A stretch of 64,000 nt of DNA from an uncultured candidate division Zixibacteria bacterium (lineage in GTDB: Bacteria; Zixibacteria; MSB-5A5; GN15; FEB-12), in NCBI GenBank assembly GCA_963735035.1, contig CAVTJJ010000004.1:1248001-1312000 (forward strand), read 5' to 3'. The position numbers and the translations under genes were made by a program. Positions 1 to 11,206 of this stretch are shown here, one piece after another. Position 1 is the stretch's first letter, and every line of letters starts with the position of its first letter. Under the pieces are notes generated by a model. That model did no database searches, was not told where the DNA came from, and saw nothing but the letters and a program-made list of their open reading frames with translations.

Positions 1-2
1 AG

Positions 3-2828
3 TGCAACGCCGATACCTGCACCGTCAGTGTGCCGGTGACTATCCTCCCGACCTTGAGCGTCACTTGTCCGGCCAACGATACTCAGTTCCTGTGCGCGGC
101 GGACACGCTGTTCTATGCCTTCAGTTACGCTCCGCTATCGGCCGACGTATCGGTCAGCGCCCCGGCCTTCCTGAGCCAGGGTCAGATAGGAGTGCCGGTA
201 CTTCAGGCGGGCACGCAGAATATCAAGATTACCGTAACCAATCAGTGCGGTACGGTGGATTGTTCCTTCAGCGTCACGGCGAACTTCAATACCGACCCGA
301 TCGTCAACGCCGGAGCCGACAAGAGCTATACCGAATGCAATCTTCACGAAGTCTGCCTGCCGATCAGCATATCCGATCCCAACAACAATATCGTAACTCG
401 AACCACGAATCTGGGCCGCCTCGTGAGCGATGTTCAGCTTTGCTTTACGCCGCCCAGTTACGGTATACACCGGATTATCCTAACGGCAGTAGATGCCTGT
501 GGTAAGTCCGATGTCGATACAGTCGTTGTCACCTACACCGAGGGGGCTCGCGCGGCGATACAATGTCCTCAGGGCACCCAGTACGCATCGGTATGCGGCG
601 TCGATACGGTCTTTATCCTGGCGCCGATTACGCCCTCGAACGCCACGATTACGATAACTCCTTCCGGATTCTACCGTCCGCAGACGGGCGAGATCGGTAT
701 CCCGGTAACGCGCGGTGGAACGGTCGCAGTCACGATCATAGCTGCCTCGCAATGCGAGTCCGACACGTGCCGTTTCAATCTGGAAGTGGATATGGGTGTG
801 CCGCCGGTTATCACCGCCCCGGCCAAGATCGATACGCTCCTATGTCTGGCCACGCCGGATACTCTGCGCGTGCCGGTGACTGCGAGCGGGACCGGGCTTC
901 AGGTGAACGTCAACCCGAGCGGTTACTACGCCGCCGGATACGTCTACCTGCCGATATCGGCCGCTGGGAAGCAAGTATTCTCGGTCATAGCCTTTGGACG
1001 TTGCGGCGCAGATACTTCTCTGATCGAAGTGAACGTCCGAGCCAATCAGACGCCGGTGCTTACCTTGCCGGCCACAATGACTTTCGAGCGGTGCCCCGAT
1101 GACATAACCGAAATTTGTATCGGCGGTATCTTTGCGCGTGATATCGAGTCTCACGTGACTATTACCAAGGTTTGCGGCCCTGGAAGCTTCATCAGCCAGT
1201 CCGGTGACAGCGGCTCGGTTTGTTTCATGCCGACGACCTTTGGTCAGGTTCAATTCTGTTTCGAGGCGACCGACGGCTGCCATACGGTGGCGCAGACGTT
1301 GACGGTCAACGTGATCAGCAAGCCTGATTGTGATGTCTGTACGCGCCTGACCATCGATGGTGGCGTCGACACGCCGGTGGGTTTGCGCAAGAAGGTTGCT
1401 ATCAACATTCAGACCAACGATCCGGTGGGCGGTTTCGATATCCTCATCGGTTTCGACGAGTCGGCCCTGATATTCCAGATGGCCTCAATGGAAGGAGGCG
1501 ACGCCGAAAGCTGGGAGTATTTCACCTGGAACCAGCTCAGCCAGACCTGCAGCGGCTGCCCGAGCGCCCTGACACGCTTTATCGGGATTGCCGACCGGAA
1601 CAACGGCCCGGCGCACCCGCCGGATTCAGCGTATGTTCTGGACGGCACGCTTTTCGATATTGATTTTCAGGTCGTCAACGACCAGAACCTCGGTGACGTT
1701 TTCGTGCCGATCTCATTTGTCTGGACCGATTGTTCCGACAACGCCCTATCGGATAGGTCTGGCTCGCTGTTGTACATCGACAGCCGGATCTACAACCCCG
1801 AAGGCGTGCTTATGTGGGATGAGTTCGACAACACGTTGTTCCCCGAATCGAACCGACAGCTCGGCCTCGGCGCTCCCGATACGTGTGTGGTTGCCGGCTC
1901 CAAGACTCAGGCGCTTCGTTGTGGCGAGTTCCATAACGGCGGCATCAAGATCATTGCCCCTGAAAAGATCGATGATCGCGGAGATATCAATCTCAATAAG
2001 ATTGCCTACGAAATCGCAGATGCGGTAGTGTTTACCAACTACTTCATCAGCGGGCTCAGTGCTTTCACCATCAGCATCCCGGGCCAGATTGCCGCTACCG
2101 ATGTCAACGCCGACGGCGTGACGCTTTCGGTGGCTGATCTCGCCCTGCTCATCCGGGTTATCATCGGTGACTGCGAACCGATACCGAAGATGAGTCCCTA
2201 TGTCGACAACGCTGAGGTATTTACTACTCAGTCGGACGGTATGCTGCACATCGGTGCTCAGACCGGGCACGGCATCGGCGTAGCCTACTTCGTGTACGAC
2301 GTCGCTCCTGGTACCTCGATTGGTGAAGCGACGGGTCTGGCGGCCGCAAACGGAATGAAAGTGATCAGCTCCTTGCAGGACAACCAACTGCGCGTCCTGA
2401 TCTATGATATCGGAACCGCACGGGTCGAGGCAGGGACGCACGATCTGATAGAGATTCCGTTCTCCGGTGACGGTGTCCTGAAGCTGACTCATTCGGAGAT
2501 TGTCGATTACCAGAGCCGGCCGTATGTGTCTTTGGCGGCGGAAATTCTGCCAGACAACTACGAGTTGATGCAGAACTATCCCAACCCATTCAACCCGATT
2601 ACGACCATCAGCTTCGCGCTACCGACCTCCGCTGACTGGAACCTGAAGGTCTACAACATCAACGGCGCCATGGTCTGGGAGCAGACCGGCCATAGCAGCG
2701 GTGGGGTCGTGAATGTCACTTGGAACGGACGGAGCGTTAACGGCGAAGACGTCGCCTCCGGTGTGTACTTCTACCGTCTTGACGCCAATACCTATACAGA
2801 TACTCGGAAGATGATTCTTCTGAAGTAA
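3..2828 (+). CDS. Large secreted multi-domain protein, 5'-truncated: Cys-rich Ig/HYR-like repeats, cohesin-like domain, dockerin-like domain, C-terminal FlgD/T9SS type A sorting domain
   Basis: Frame is open from position 3 (CNADTCTVSVP...). Repeated Cys-containing beta modules (e.g. SQCESDTCRFNLEV, GRCGADTSLIEVNV). Cohesin-like segment 'KKVAINIQTNDPVGGFDILIGFDESAL...GTLFDIDFQV'. Duplicated EF-hand-like 'RGDINLNK...ATDVNADGVTLSVADL'. C-terminus 'YELMQNYPNPFNP...VASGVYFYRL...RKMILLK'. Confidence 0.8.
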   Translation, partial: CNADTCTVSVPVTILPTLSVTCPANDTQFLCAADTLFYAFSYAPLSADVSVSAPAFLSQGQIGVPVLQAGTQNIKITVTNQCGTVDCSFSVTANFNTDPIVNAGADKSYTECNLHEVCLPISISDPNNNIVTRTTNLGRLVSDVQLCFTPPSYGIHRIILTAVDACGKSDVDTVVVTYTEGARAAIQCPQGTQYASVCGVDTVFILAPITPSNATITITPSGFYRPQTGEIGIPVTRGGTVAVTIIAASQCESDTCRFNLEVDMGVPPVITAPAKIDTLLCLATPDTLRVPVTASGTGLQVNVNPSGYYAAGYVYLPISAAGKQVFSVIAFGRCGADTSLIEVNVRANQTPVLTLPATMTFERCPDDITEICIGGIFARDIESHVTITKVCGPGSFISQSGDSGSVCFMPTTFGQVQFCFEATDGCHTVAQTLTVNVISKPDCDVCTRLTIDGGVDTPVGLRKKVAINIQTNDPVGGFDILIGFDESALIFQMASMEGGDAESWEYFTWNQLSQTCSGCPSALTRFIGIADRNNGPAHPPDSAYVLDGTLFDIDFQVVNDQNLGDVFVPISFVWTDCSDNALSDRSGSLLYIDSRIYNPEGVLMWDEFDNTLFPESNRQLGLGAPDTCVVAGSKTQALRCGEFHNGGIKIIAPEKIDDRGDINLNKIAYEIADAVVFTNYFISGLSAFTISIPGQIAATDVNADGVTLSVADLALLIRVIIGDCEPIPKMSPYVDNAEVFTTQSDGMLHIGAQTGHGIGVAYFVYDVAPGTSIGEATGLAAANGMKVISSLQDNQLRVLIYDIGTARVEAGTHDLIEIPFSGDGVLKLTHSEIVDYQSRPYVSLAAEILPDNYELMQNYPNPFNPITTISFALPTSADWNLKVYNINGAMVWEQTGHSSGGVVNVTWNGRSVNGEDVASGVYFYRLDANTYTDTRKMILLK

Positions 2829-2847
2829 TTCGTTCTCATCTTTCCTC

Positions 2848-2887
2848 GAAAAGCGTTCGTGTCTCGGCAGTGGCACGAACGCTTTTC
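2848..2887. terminator. Bidirectional intrinsic terminator between convergent genes
   Basis: GAAAAGCGTTCGTGTC / GGCACGAACGCTTTTC inverted repeat with A/T tracts at both ends, between stops at 2828 (+) and 2888 (-). Confidence 0.8.
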
Positions 2888-3358
2888 TTATTTGTGGTAA
2901 GATGTGCCGTGCAGAATCGAATACGCTCGATAGAGCTGTTCCAGCAGAATCAGTCTTGTCAATTGATGCGAGAAGGTGAGAGGGGAAAGCGACCAGAGCC
3001 AGTCCGCCCGCTTCAAGATTTTCGGATCGAGGCCGAACGCTCCGCCGATCACAAACGAAACCGGACCGCGCGCTTCCACTTCGGTCTTCTGCAGGCGCTT
3101 CGCCGCTGCCTGAGAATCGAGTATCTGGCCGCGCTCGTGCAAGGCTACCAGGTAGCCGGGGCCGATTGCCTTTTCGAGCCGCTCGCCTTCGGCCGCCTTG
3201 GTTTCGTCCGGCGAGAGCGAGCCACTGTTCTTGAGGGAGGGGAGAAGCAGAGACTCGATCCGGGCATAACGGGACAGCAGCTTCCGATAGTGCTCACACC
3301 CGTCGCTGATCCACGGGTCCTTGTCTTTGCCGATGGAAATGATCCTGATATTAAGCAA
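2888..3358 (-). CDS. rlmH: 23S rRNA (pseudouridine1915-N3)-methyltransferase RlmH
   Basis: SPOUT motifs 'FVIGGAFGL', 'SLSPLTFSHQLTRLILLEQLYRA', ending 'YHK'; TTG start. Confidence 0.95.
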   Translation of the reverse strand: MLNIRIISIGKDKDPWISDGCEHYRKLLSRYARIESLLLPSLKNSGSLSPDETKAAEGERLEKAIGPGYLVALHERGQILDSQAAAKRLQKTEVEARGPVSFVIGGAFGLDPKILKRADWLWSLSPLTFSHQLTRLILLEQLYRAYSILHGTSYHK

Positions 3359-3748
3359 GGCGTCCTACCTTGACGATCAACTGGCGCTTGCGGGGACCGT
3401 CGAACTCGCAGAAGTATACTCCCTGCCACCGTCCCAGTACGATTCGTCCCTTTTGCACCAGAAGTTGAAGTGAGCAGCCCATGAGTGAGGCTTTCAAATG
3501 GGCGTCGGAATTCCCTTCGGCGTGATGATAGCCGTCCTGTTGCGGAATTTCCCGACGGAGCTTATCTAGAATGTCCCTTCGGACATCCGGATCGGCCGCC
3601 TCGTTGACAGTTATTCCGGCCGTAGTGTGGGGGACAAAACAGACGACCACGCCTTCGTCGACACCCGATTCTTGGACTGCTTCTTCAATCAGGGGCGTAA
3701 CGTCGATGAATTCTTCACGCTGAGAGCTTGCTACACTCAGAGTCTTCA

Positions 3749-3749
<1 letters not shown>
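3351..3749 (-). CDS. yjbQ: YjbQ/UPF0047 family protein (secondary thiamine-phosphate synthase family)
   Basis: 'FVPHTTAGITVNE', 'HAEGNSDAHLKASL', 'LGRWQGVYFCEFDGPRKR'. Start trimmed to ATG 3749, which overlaps the ftsY stop (TGATG). Confidence 0.9.
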
Positions 3750-4663
<914 letters not shown>

Positions 4664-4683
4664 GAAGGGCGTTCCGCTAAGGA

Positions 4684-7600
4684 CTAGGTGTCGCTGTCAG
4701 GGTTTATTGTTACCGTAGAACCGAGCCGATCACGAATCGCCTCAGGCAAGTCGACGGTTGTCTCGTTGGCCACCGCCTCCGGCAGAGTCTCCGGGAGCGC
4801 CTCGGCTTCCACCGTGACCAGTTCGCCGGTGCCGTCCGACTGACGGGCAAACTTCACCGCTACCAGCTTTGAAACGCCGGGACGTTCCATCGTGATGCCG
4901 TAGAGGTTATCCGACGCTTCCATCGTGATCTTGTTGTGAGTGATCGTGATGAACTGCGTTTGCCGCGAGAAGTTCTTTATGATCTTCAGGAAGCGCTGGC
5001 AGTTGGCGTCATCCAGCGGGGCGTCGATTTCGTCCAGGATGCAGAACGGCGACGGCTTGACCAGATAGAGGGAAAACAAAAGCGAAATAGCCGTGAGCGC
5101 GCGTTCGCCGCCGGAAAGCATCGTGATCGGTAGCAGCTTCTTGCCGCCGGGGCGGGCAATAATCTCGATATCGGATTCCAACGGATCGTCCGGTGTGACC
5201 AGACTGATGCGGGCTTCGCCGCCCGCAAAGAGATCCACAAACAATTGACTGAAGTTGTGACTGACCTTATCGAAGGTCTCGGTGAAGAGTTGACGAGCCG
5301 TCTTGTTGATCTTGGTAATGGTCGCCTTCAGATCGTTCTTGGCGACGGTCAGATCGTTCAACTGCGTGGCCAGGAATTTCTCCCGCTCCGCCGTGACTTC
5401 GTATTCTTCGAGAGCGAGAAGGTTGACCGCACCAAAAGTCTTCAGTTTCTCGCGAAGGTCAGCAATCAACGCCGGCGCCTGTTCGTCAGTGATATCATCC
5501 TTGGGGCGCTCGACTCCCAAAGTAGTGACGTCAATGTCGTATTCCGCCCTGAGACGCTCTATCAATGCTTCCAGAGCCGACCCGACCGCGGTGAGTCGAA
5601 CTTCCGCCTTGTGGAGCTGTTCGGCGACCGTCTCGCGTTCCTGACGGAGCTTCTTGACATTCGCCTCGTGCTCGGCCGCACGATTCATTACCTCGGCCTG
5701 CTGGGCGTGAAGACCTTCCTGGGCGCGAGTTTGTTCATCACGTTTCTCGAACGACTGTTTCAGGCCCTGCTCCATCGAAGCCAGAGTCGTCTCGGCCAGT
5801 TCGATTTCTTTCTGAGCCTGTTCCAGTTCCGCCGATTCGGCCAGACGGTTCTGCTCGATTTCGGCAATCAATTGACTCAGATGACCGATCTGGTGCTGGG
5901 ATTGCTCCACGCGGCTGCGCGCTTCAATCGAGGCGACCTGAAGGTGCGAAACCTCCGACGCCGCGCCGCTCGCCCGCTGCTCCAACTCCTGGAGGTGCGT
6001 GCTGGACTGATCGATACTTGCGACGAGGCTGGTTTTCTGGGTAGCCAGGTCGTGTGCGTCCAGCCCCAGAGAGTACTGGCGGCCGCGCATGTTTTCAATT
6101 CGGGTCAGAAGATTCTGCTTCTCGCGATTGAGCCGCTCAAGTTCGGTGCTCAGGGCGCGGGCGGCGTACTCGGCCTCGGTCACCCGGTGCTGCTGCTCTT
6201 CGATCTCCTGGAACGTATCATCGAGTCTGGAGGTGAGCTGTTCGGCCTCGGCGCGAAGCGCCGCGAGTGTGGCGGTGTTGTGATTCTTGTCGGCCGTGGT
6301 ACTTTCGATCTTCTCTTGAAGCAGTTCGATCTCCCTGGCCTGGTCGGCGACCCGCTCTTTGCGTCGGAACAGGGGGAAGACATCGTCGGAACCGCCGGAG
6401 ATTAGATTCTTCTGATAAAGCACGCCGTCGGTCGAGACCGCCCCAAACCCGTAGGGGAGACGCTCTAGAATCTGATCGACGTTGGCCGATTTATCGAACA
6501 CTACCATGCGCGAGAGGACGGCTTCCTTCAGCGGGCGCAACGATTCATCCGTGGTGACCAGATTATCCAGCCAGCCCAGGACGCCGGGCATATCGAGTTC
6601 CGGTCGTTTGACTCCGGGGGTGATTGTGCCGCTGCGGAGAACCAGGATGCCGACTCTGCCCTTACCCTGAGACTTCAAATAGGCAATGATATCTTCGGCC
6701 TGCGCCCGGTCGTGGCAGATCAAATATTTAGCCATTTCGCCGAGTGCGGCCTGAAGAACCGTTTCCATGCCTTCGACGGGGACGAACGTATCGGCCACGG
6801 TGCCTGCTAACTGAGGCCAGCGCTCGCGGGCGCTCATGGCGGCCACTACGCCGGACTCGTACCCTTCGTAGTGAAGCATCATGTCCTGAAGCAGGTTGCG
6901 GCGCGCCTCGCAGGCTTCCAGCGACGCTTTCAGGTTCGATATCTGCAGGGCGATTTCTTCACCGCGCTCGATACCGTCTTCGATTTGTGCAACAATCTCT
7001 TTGCGTCGTGTCTCTATCTCGGTGCGGGTGCGTACGGTTTGTGCCAGTTGATCACGGAGCTGTTCGGCCTGCTCGATGACTTCTTTCTGACGCGGCATAC
7101 TAGTGGCAATTGTCTCTTCCACCTGCCGCACCGTAGTGGCCAGTTCATCGGTCTGCACTCGCAGAGAGCTTTCCTCGGTCATACCCGACGACAACCGTCC
7201 TTCGAGCTCCAGCAGTCGGCGGTGTTCTGTCTCGCGGGCGGTGCGAGCGGCCAGAAGCATCTGATCGGCTTCCGCCTGGCGCGTCTGTGCCTGAACCAGT
7301 TCCTCGTTCAATGCCTGTAGATGATTTCGGCGTTCGGCGAGTTGCTGCTCGATAGATACCAATTCCCTCTGCAACTCGACCGTGCGAACATTGAAGCCCT
7401 CGATGTCCGAGCGATTTCTCGCAATCAATTGACGGGCATTGGCCTTCTTTTCATTCAGGACGGAGATTTCGCGCTCGAGACGGTGCGCTTCTTCGGATAT
7501 GGCGTAGATTTCGTTTCCGATTGCAGTCAGTCGCTGCTCGATATCAATCTGATCTTTGCGATCGGATTCGAGCTGCGCGGACGCCAGGTCGAGCGCGGAG

Positions 7601-8376
7601 CCGCGTCCCGACTTTTGATCGGTCAGCGCGTCGTACTCGGCCTGAAGTTCGCGTTTCTCCTGCTGCAGTTCGCGGAATCGGGTGGCACCGAGGTAGAGCT
7701 CCCATCCCCGGATCTGATCCGACAGCGACTGGTAACGCTCCGCCTTCTTGTGCTGTCGATAGAGCGAATTGACCCGTGTTTTAACCTCGGCGTAGATATC
7801 TTTGAGGCGGAGGAAATCGTTCTCGGTCGCTTCGAGTTTCCGGAGAGCCGCCTTACGCCGCTGTTTGTATTTGGTGATCCCGGCAGCCTCTTCGAACAGG
7901 AAACGGCGTTCCTCGGCTTTGTCCGAGATAACCGAGTCGATCATGTGCTGTTGAATGACCGAATACGAATGTGCCCCCAGACCGGTGTCTACGAACAGAT
8001 CGATAATGTCCTTGAGGCGACAGGGGACCTTGTTCAGCAGATACTCTGATTCACCGCTGCGGAATAATCTCCGGGTGAGCTGAAGCTCATGGTATTCGGT
8101 GGGGAGGACGCCGTTGTTGTTGATGATGGTCAGAGTGACTTCGGCCATGCCGAGCGGCTTGAGATCGGCGGTGCCGTTGAAGATGACCTCTTCCATCTTG
8201 CCGCCACGCAAGAGGGTCGGCTTCTGCTCGCCCAGCACCCAGCGAAGAGCATCGAGAATGTTCGTCTTGCCGCAGCCGTTCGGGCCGACGATAGATGTCA
8301 ATCCGGTGGAGAACTTGACGAGGGTTTTGGTCGGAAAAGACTTAAAGCCGAGAATTTCCAATTGCCTGAGATGCAC
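4684..8376 (-). CDS. smc: Chromosome segregation protein SMC
   Basis: 'LGFKSF', Walker A 'GPNGCGKTN', coiled coils with hinge, 'LSGGE', 'LDEIDAPLD'. GTG start at 8376 with GGAGG at 8381-8385. Confidence 0.96.
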   Translation of the reverse strand: MHLRQLEILGFKSFPTKTLVKFSTGLTSIVGPNGCGKTNILDALRWVLGEQKPTLLRGGKMEEVIFNGTADLKPLGMAEVTLTIINNNGVLPTEYHELQLTRRLFRSGESEYLLNKVPCRLKDIIDLFVDTGLGAHSYSVIQQHMIDSVISDKAEERRFLFEEAAGITKYKQRRKAALRKLEATENDFLRLKDIYAEVKTRVNSLYRQHKKAERYQSLSDQIRGWELYLGATRFRELQQEKRELQAEYDALTDQKSGRGSALDLASAQLESDRKDQIDIEQRLTAIGNEIYAISEEAHRLEREISVLNEKKANARQLIARNRSDIEGFNVRTVELQRELVSIEQQLAERRNHLQALNEELVQAQTRQAEADQMLLAARTARETEHRRLLELEGRLSSGMTEESSLRVQTDELATTVRQVEETIATSMPRQKEVIEQAEQLRDQLAQTVRTRTEIETRRKEIVAQIEDGIERGEEIALQISNLKASLEACEARRNLLQDMMLHYEGYESGVVAAMSARERWPQLAGTVADTFVPVEGMETVLQAALGEMAKYLICHDRAQAEDIIAYLKSQGKGRVGILVLRSGTITPGVKRPELDMPGVLGWLDNLVTTDESLRPLKEAVLSRMVVFDKSANVDQILERLPYGFGAVSTDGVLYQKNLISGGSDDVFPLFRRKERVADQAREIELLQEKIESTTADKNHNTATLAALRAEAEQLTSRLDDTFQEIEEQQHRVTEAEYAARALSTELERLNREKQNLLTRIENMRGRQYSLGLDAHDLATQKTSLVASIDQSSTHLQELEQRASGAASEVSHLQVASIEARSRVEQSQHQIGHLSQLIAEIEQNRLAESAELEQAQKEIELAETTLASMEQGLKQSFEKRDEQTRAQEGLHAQQAEVMNRAAEHEANVKKLRQERETVAEQLHKAEVRLTAVGSALEALIERLRAEYDIDVTTLGVERPKDDITDEQAPALIADLREKLKTFGAVNLLALEEYEVTAEREKFLATQLNDLTVAKNDLKATITKINKTARQLFTETFDKVSHNFSQLFVDLFAGGEARISLVTPDDPLESDIEIIARPGGKKLLPITMLSGGERALTAISLLFSLYLVKPSPFCILDEIDAPLDDANCQRFLKIIKNFSRQTQFITITHNKITMEASDNLYGITMERPGVSKLVAVKFARQSDGTGELVTVEAEALPETLPEAVANETTVDLPEAIRDRLGSTVTINPDSDT

Positions 8377-8390
8377 GCAGCCTCCGATGC

Positions 8391-8969
8391 CTAGTACGCC
8401 GTGACCGGGCTTAGCCCGTCCACCGGCTTCTTCATGACCGCCGCCAGCGTAGCCAGCAGGGAACGATAGATATTGCGCTCGTCCCGAAGATACTTGGTCT
8501 TGATCTCCAGGTTGTAGAAAGGACACCCAAGGTGATTGCCCCGCCCGATCCGGATCGCATCCGGGAACTTGAGAAGGACGGTCGAGGTGAAACTCGACGC
8601 CTCCAGGTTCAAATCGAGGATGGCATCGAACTTGTACTGCCCGAGCATTTCCAGGTAGGTCTTCTTGGGCAGCCCCGTCCAGGTTACCTGGTCGAGCGAC
8701 GGAGTCAGAATCTGAAATCCCTTTCGGGGGTAAATGTCATAGACTTTGATGCCGGGGAGAGTCAGGAGCGTAATGTCGGCCGGTTTGAACAGGTGTGCGA
8801 TAACCGGCAAGAGTTGCTTTACCATGGTCAGTTCGCGGAGACCGCCCGGCAGACATATCAGGAGATGCCGGGGACGCAGGAGATCGTCCGGGATGGACAA
8901 TTGGCGACCTGTCACCCGTTTCTTAAGGTAGCTGATCTGTGCCCTGGCTATAAAGTCTCTGAAACCCAT
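8391..8969 (-). CDS. Hypothetical protein, resembles N-terminal Rossmann half of GT9-type glycosyltransferases
   Basis: 192-aa ORF in operon position; 'KFDAILDL...PDAIRIG...FYNLEI' pattern. Confidence 0.55.
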   Translation of the reverse strand: MGFRDFIARAQISYLKKRVTGRQLSIPDDLLRPRHLLICLPGGLRELTMVKQLLPVIAHLFKPADITLLTLPGIKVYDIYPRKGFQILTPSLDQVTWTGLPKKTYLEMLGQYKFDAILDLNLEASSFTSTVLLKFPDAIRIGRGNHLGCPFYNLEIKTKYLRDERNIYRSLLATLAAVMKKPVDGLSPVTAY

Positions 8970-8981
8970 GGTTACTTTCTT

Positions 8982-9878
8982 CTACTGTCCGCCCGTCTTT
9001 TCGGTTGCAGACTGTGTCCGGGTGCGGCGTACAGCGGATGAGTCCGTAGCGGCCGGCTGAGCGCCCGAAGTATCGGCGGAATCAGTCGGAATCGCAAACA
9101 TGTCGACCGTGCTGCGGTCGATCTCGACCTGGTTTACTTCGCCCGTTTCCGGATCGGCCAGCGATGCGGGATTGCCATTCAATGTGGCGTCGACAACCAG
9201 CGGGTTTCCAATCGTCACTACAAACTGTTGGCGAGCCGTGACATTATACGGACGACCCGGGGTCAGCATCTGATACACCATCGTGTCGCCATCGGCCAAC
9301 ACGGTCGCCCAACTTCCAACTCGCGCAGTCAAGGTCAGCAGCATGCTGTCCCGCTGCTGAGCGGTGGAATCCCAGCCAAAGTCGGACTGGTTGGTGGAGT
9401 AGTCAGAGGGGACTGTCGCCGGCTGGACTTCGGCCTGCGGCTCAGGCTTTTTCGACGAAAAGATGAAATATGCCGCAATCGCCAGCACCACAACCGCCGC
9501 CGCAGAGACCCATATAAACAGACCCTTTTTACTCGACGGTCCGGTTTCTACCGGTTCCGCAAGCGCTGCCGCCTCGGCCTTGAGCTTTCGCCCCGCCTCA
9601 ATGGCCTGCTCCGGAGTCTGGGGCTCGATCAATTCCCCGAGTTCCTCGCGGATGGCCTCAATGGTTTTCGTAAAGTCGATCCCGAGATACTCGGAATATG
9701 ACTTGGCGAAGAGTCGGAAGTAGAGCTCCGACGGCAAAGCATCCTGCTGCCCGGCTTCAAGATACTGAAGAGTTTCAATGGGAATCTTTAAGTCGCTGGC
9801 GATCACTTCCAGCTTGGCTCCCCGACGTTCTCTCTCGGTTCTTAGAAGCGCTCCGAATTTGACGTATGACTCACTCAT
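8982..9878 (-). CDS. rodZ: RodZ-like cytoskeleton protein (HTH, one TM, DUF4115-like C-terminus)
   Basis: 'FGALLRTERERRG...LQYLEAG...LP..LYFRLFAKSYSEYLGID', TM 'LFIWVSAAAVVVLAIAAYFIF', 'SWATVLADG...IGNP...LNG'. Confidence 0.8.
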   Translation of the reverse strand: MSESYVKFGALLRTERERRGAKLEVIASDLKIPIETLQYLEAGQQDALPSELYFRLFAKSYSEYLGIDFTKTIEAIREELGELIEPQTPEQAIEAGRKLKAEAAALAEPVETGPSSKKGLFIWVSAAAVVVLAIAAYFIFSSKKPEPQAEVQPATVPSDYSTNQSDFGWDSTAQQRDSMLLTLTARVGSWATVLADGDTMVYQMLTPGRPYNVTARQQFVVTIGNPLVVDATLNGNPASLADPETGEVNQVEIDRSTVDMFAIPTDSADTSGAQPAATDSSAVRRTRTQSATEKTGGQ

Positions 9879-9892
9879 CAATGGTTAGTACA

Positions 9893-10501
9893 CTATTGCA
9901 AAAGGTGTAAGGCATCCCTGGCCAAAGAATCTAGCAATGTCCTAGGCAGGCCGACAACATTATCAAGATTACCCTCGATCCTGTCAACCAAAAAAGCCCC
10001 CATGCCCTGGATACCGTAAGCTCCCGCCTTGTCCATCGGTTCGCCGCCGTCGACATATGCCTCTATCTGACTCAAAGATACGGTGTGGAAATAGACTTCG
10101 GTACGTTCTTCGCCGGAGCAGAGGAGCTTCGTTGAGTCCGCCAGGGCCAGGGCGGTACAGACCGTGTGCCGTTTCCCGGCCAGCTTCTTGAGCGTTTCGA
10201 TAGCTTCAGTGCGATTCGCTGGTTTCCCCAGAATCTGGCCGTTGAGCACGACAATCGTATCTCCGCCGATCACGATTTCGTCGGATTGGGAAGTCGCGGC
10301 CACATCGAGTGCCTTTTCTTGCGCCAGACGCACCGCGCAGGCGTACGGGTCCTCACCGGGCTTCTGGACCTCGTTTACCTCAGATACGGCTCTGCGAAAA
10401 CTTACGCCCAACTCTTCGAGCAATTGGATGCGCCGGGGGGAGCGGGAACCAAGAACGAGCGGGCGCTTGTGCCCCAATGTGATCAGAGCATCAAACGTCA
10501 T
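9893..10501 (-). CDS. maf: Maf family nucleoside triphosphate pyrophosphatase
   Basis: 'LVLGSRSPRRIQLL', 'GGDTIVV...ILGKP', 'DKAGAYGIQG', 'NVVGLP'; start trimmed to ATG 10501. Confidence 0.93.
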   Translation of the reverse strand: MTFDALITLGHKRPLVLGSRSPRRIQLLEELGVSFRRAVSEVNEVQKPGEDPYACAVRLAQEKALDVAATSQSDEIVIGGDTIVVLNGQILGKPANRTEAIETLKKLAGKRHTVCTALALADSTKLLCSGEERTEVYFHTVSLSQIEAYVDGGEPMDKAGAYGIQGMGAFLVDRIEGNLDNVVGLPRTLLDSLARDALHLLQ

Positions 10502-10934
10502 GTTCAAGCAGGATGGTAACAGGGCCGTGGTTGGTGAACTTGATATCCATCTTGGCGCCGAAGACACCCGTACAAGTCACCAGTCCCGAAGCTGCCACCA
10601 GCGCGACGAATTTTTCATACAGGCGCTCCGCCTGGTCTGGTGCCATGGCGTCGGAGAAGCCGGGGCGCCGTCCCTTGCGGCAATCGGCGTAGAGGGTGAA
10701 CTGTGACACTACCATTATCTGAGCGCCGGTGTCCAGAGCGGAAAGATTCATTTTCTCTTCGGCATCTTCGAAAATTCTCAGATTGACCGCCTTATCCGCG
10801 AGAAAGGCGCAGGAGTCTTCAGTATCTCCGCTTCGAGTCCCAAATAAGATGAGCAGACCGGGTCCAGTGGCGCTGTGAAGCTTACCGTCAATCCAGACTT
10901 CGGTACCGGTAGTTCTCTGTAATAGCAATCGCAT
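10491..10934 (-). CDS. dtd: D-aminoacyl-tRNA deacylase
   Basis: 'MRLLLQR', 'NLRIFED', 'VSQFTLYAD..KGRRP', 'NHGPVT'; start trimmed to ATG 10934. Confidence 0.95.
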   Translation of the reverse strand: MRLLLQRTTGTEVWIDGKLHSATGPGLLILFGTRSGDTEDSCAFLADKAVNLRIFEDAEEKMNLSALDTGAQIMVVSQFTLYADCRKGRRPGFSDAMAPDQAERLYEKFVALVAASGLVTCTGVFGAKMDIKFTNHGPVTILLEHDV

Positions 10935-11136
10935 ATTCAATTCCTCGGAGCGGGCCAATATACGATCCCCGGCGAAGACATCCAACCGAAACAAGGTGAT
11001 TACTTGGACACATTCGCTTTCGGATGGTTCAGAGATATTTTCCTATTGGTGCTTCGTTGATGGGCGGAGTATATTTGGAGTTAACAGTCCCGGTGTTCCC
11101 GCTTGGAAGTTGGTATTGGCGGGGGCGGGGAAGACC

Positions 11137-11165
11137 GGAACTTTGTCCCGCTCCGAGACGTTACA
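11137..11165 (+). promoter_or_regulatory. ECF (sigmaE/SigH-like) promoter upstream of trxA
   Basis: GGAACTT-N16-GTTACA (equivalent to GGAAC-N18-GTT), ending 41 nt before the ATG. Confidence 0.6.
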
Positions 11166-11206
11166 ACGGGACGATGTGTTAAGAAACGACCTGACGGAGG
11201 ATGTAT

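Noticed and set aside
5245..8049. Long plus-strand ORFs opposite smc (and similar ones opposite topA, hslVU and others)
   Set aside because: Antisense shadow frames of GC-rich genes with no recognisable motifs.
8377..8526. N-terminal extensions in the ORF track (smc; likewise yjbQ, maf, dtd, yicC)
   Set aside because: They overlap neighbouring genes or promoters; downstream starts match family N-termini and RBS or stop-start coupling.
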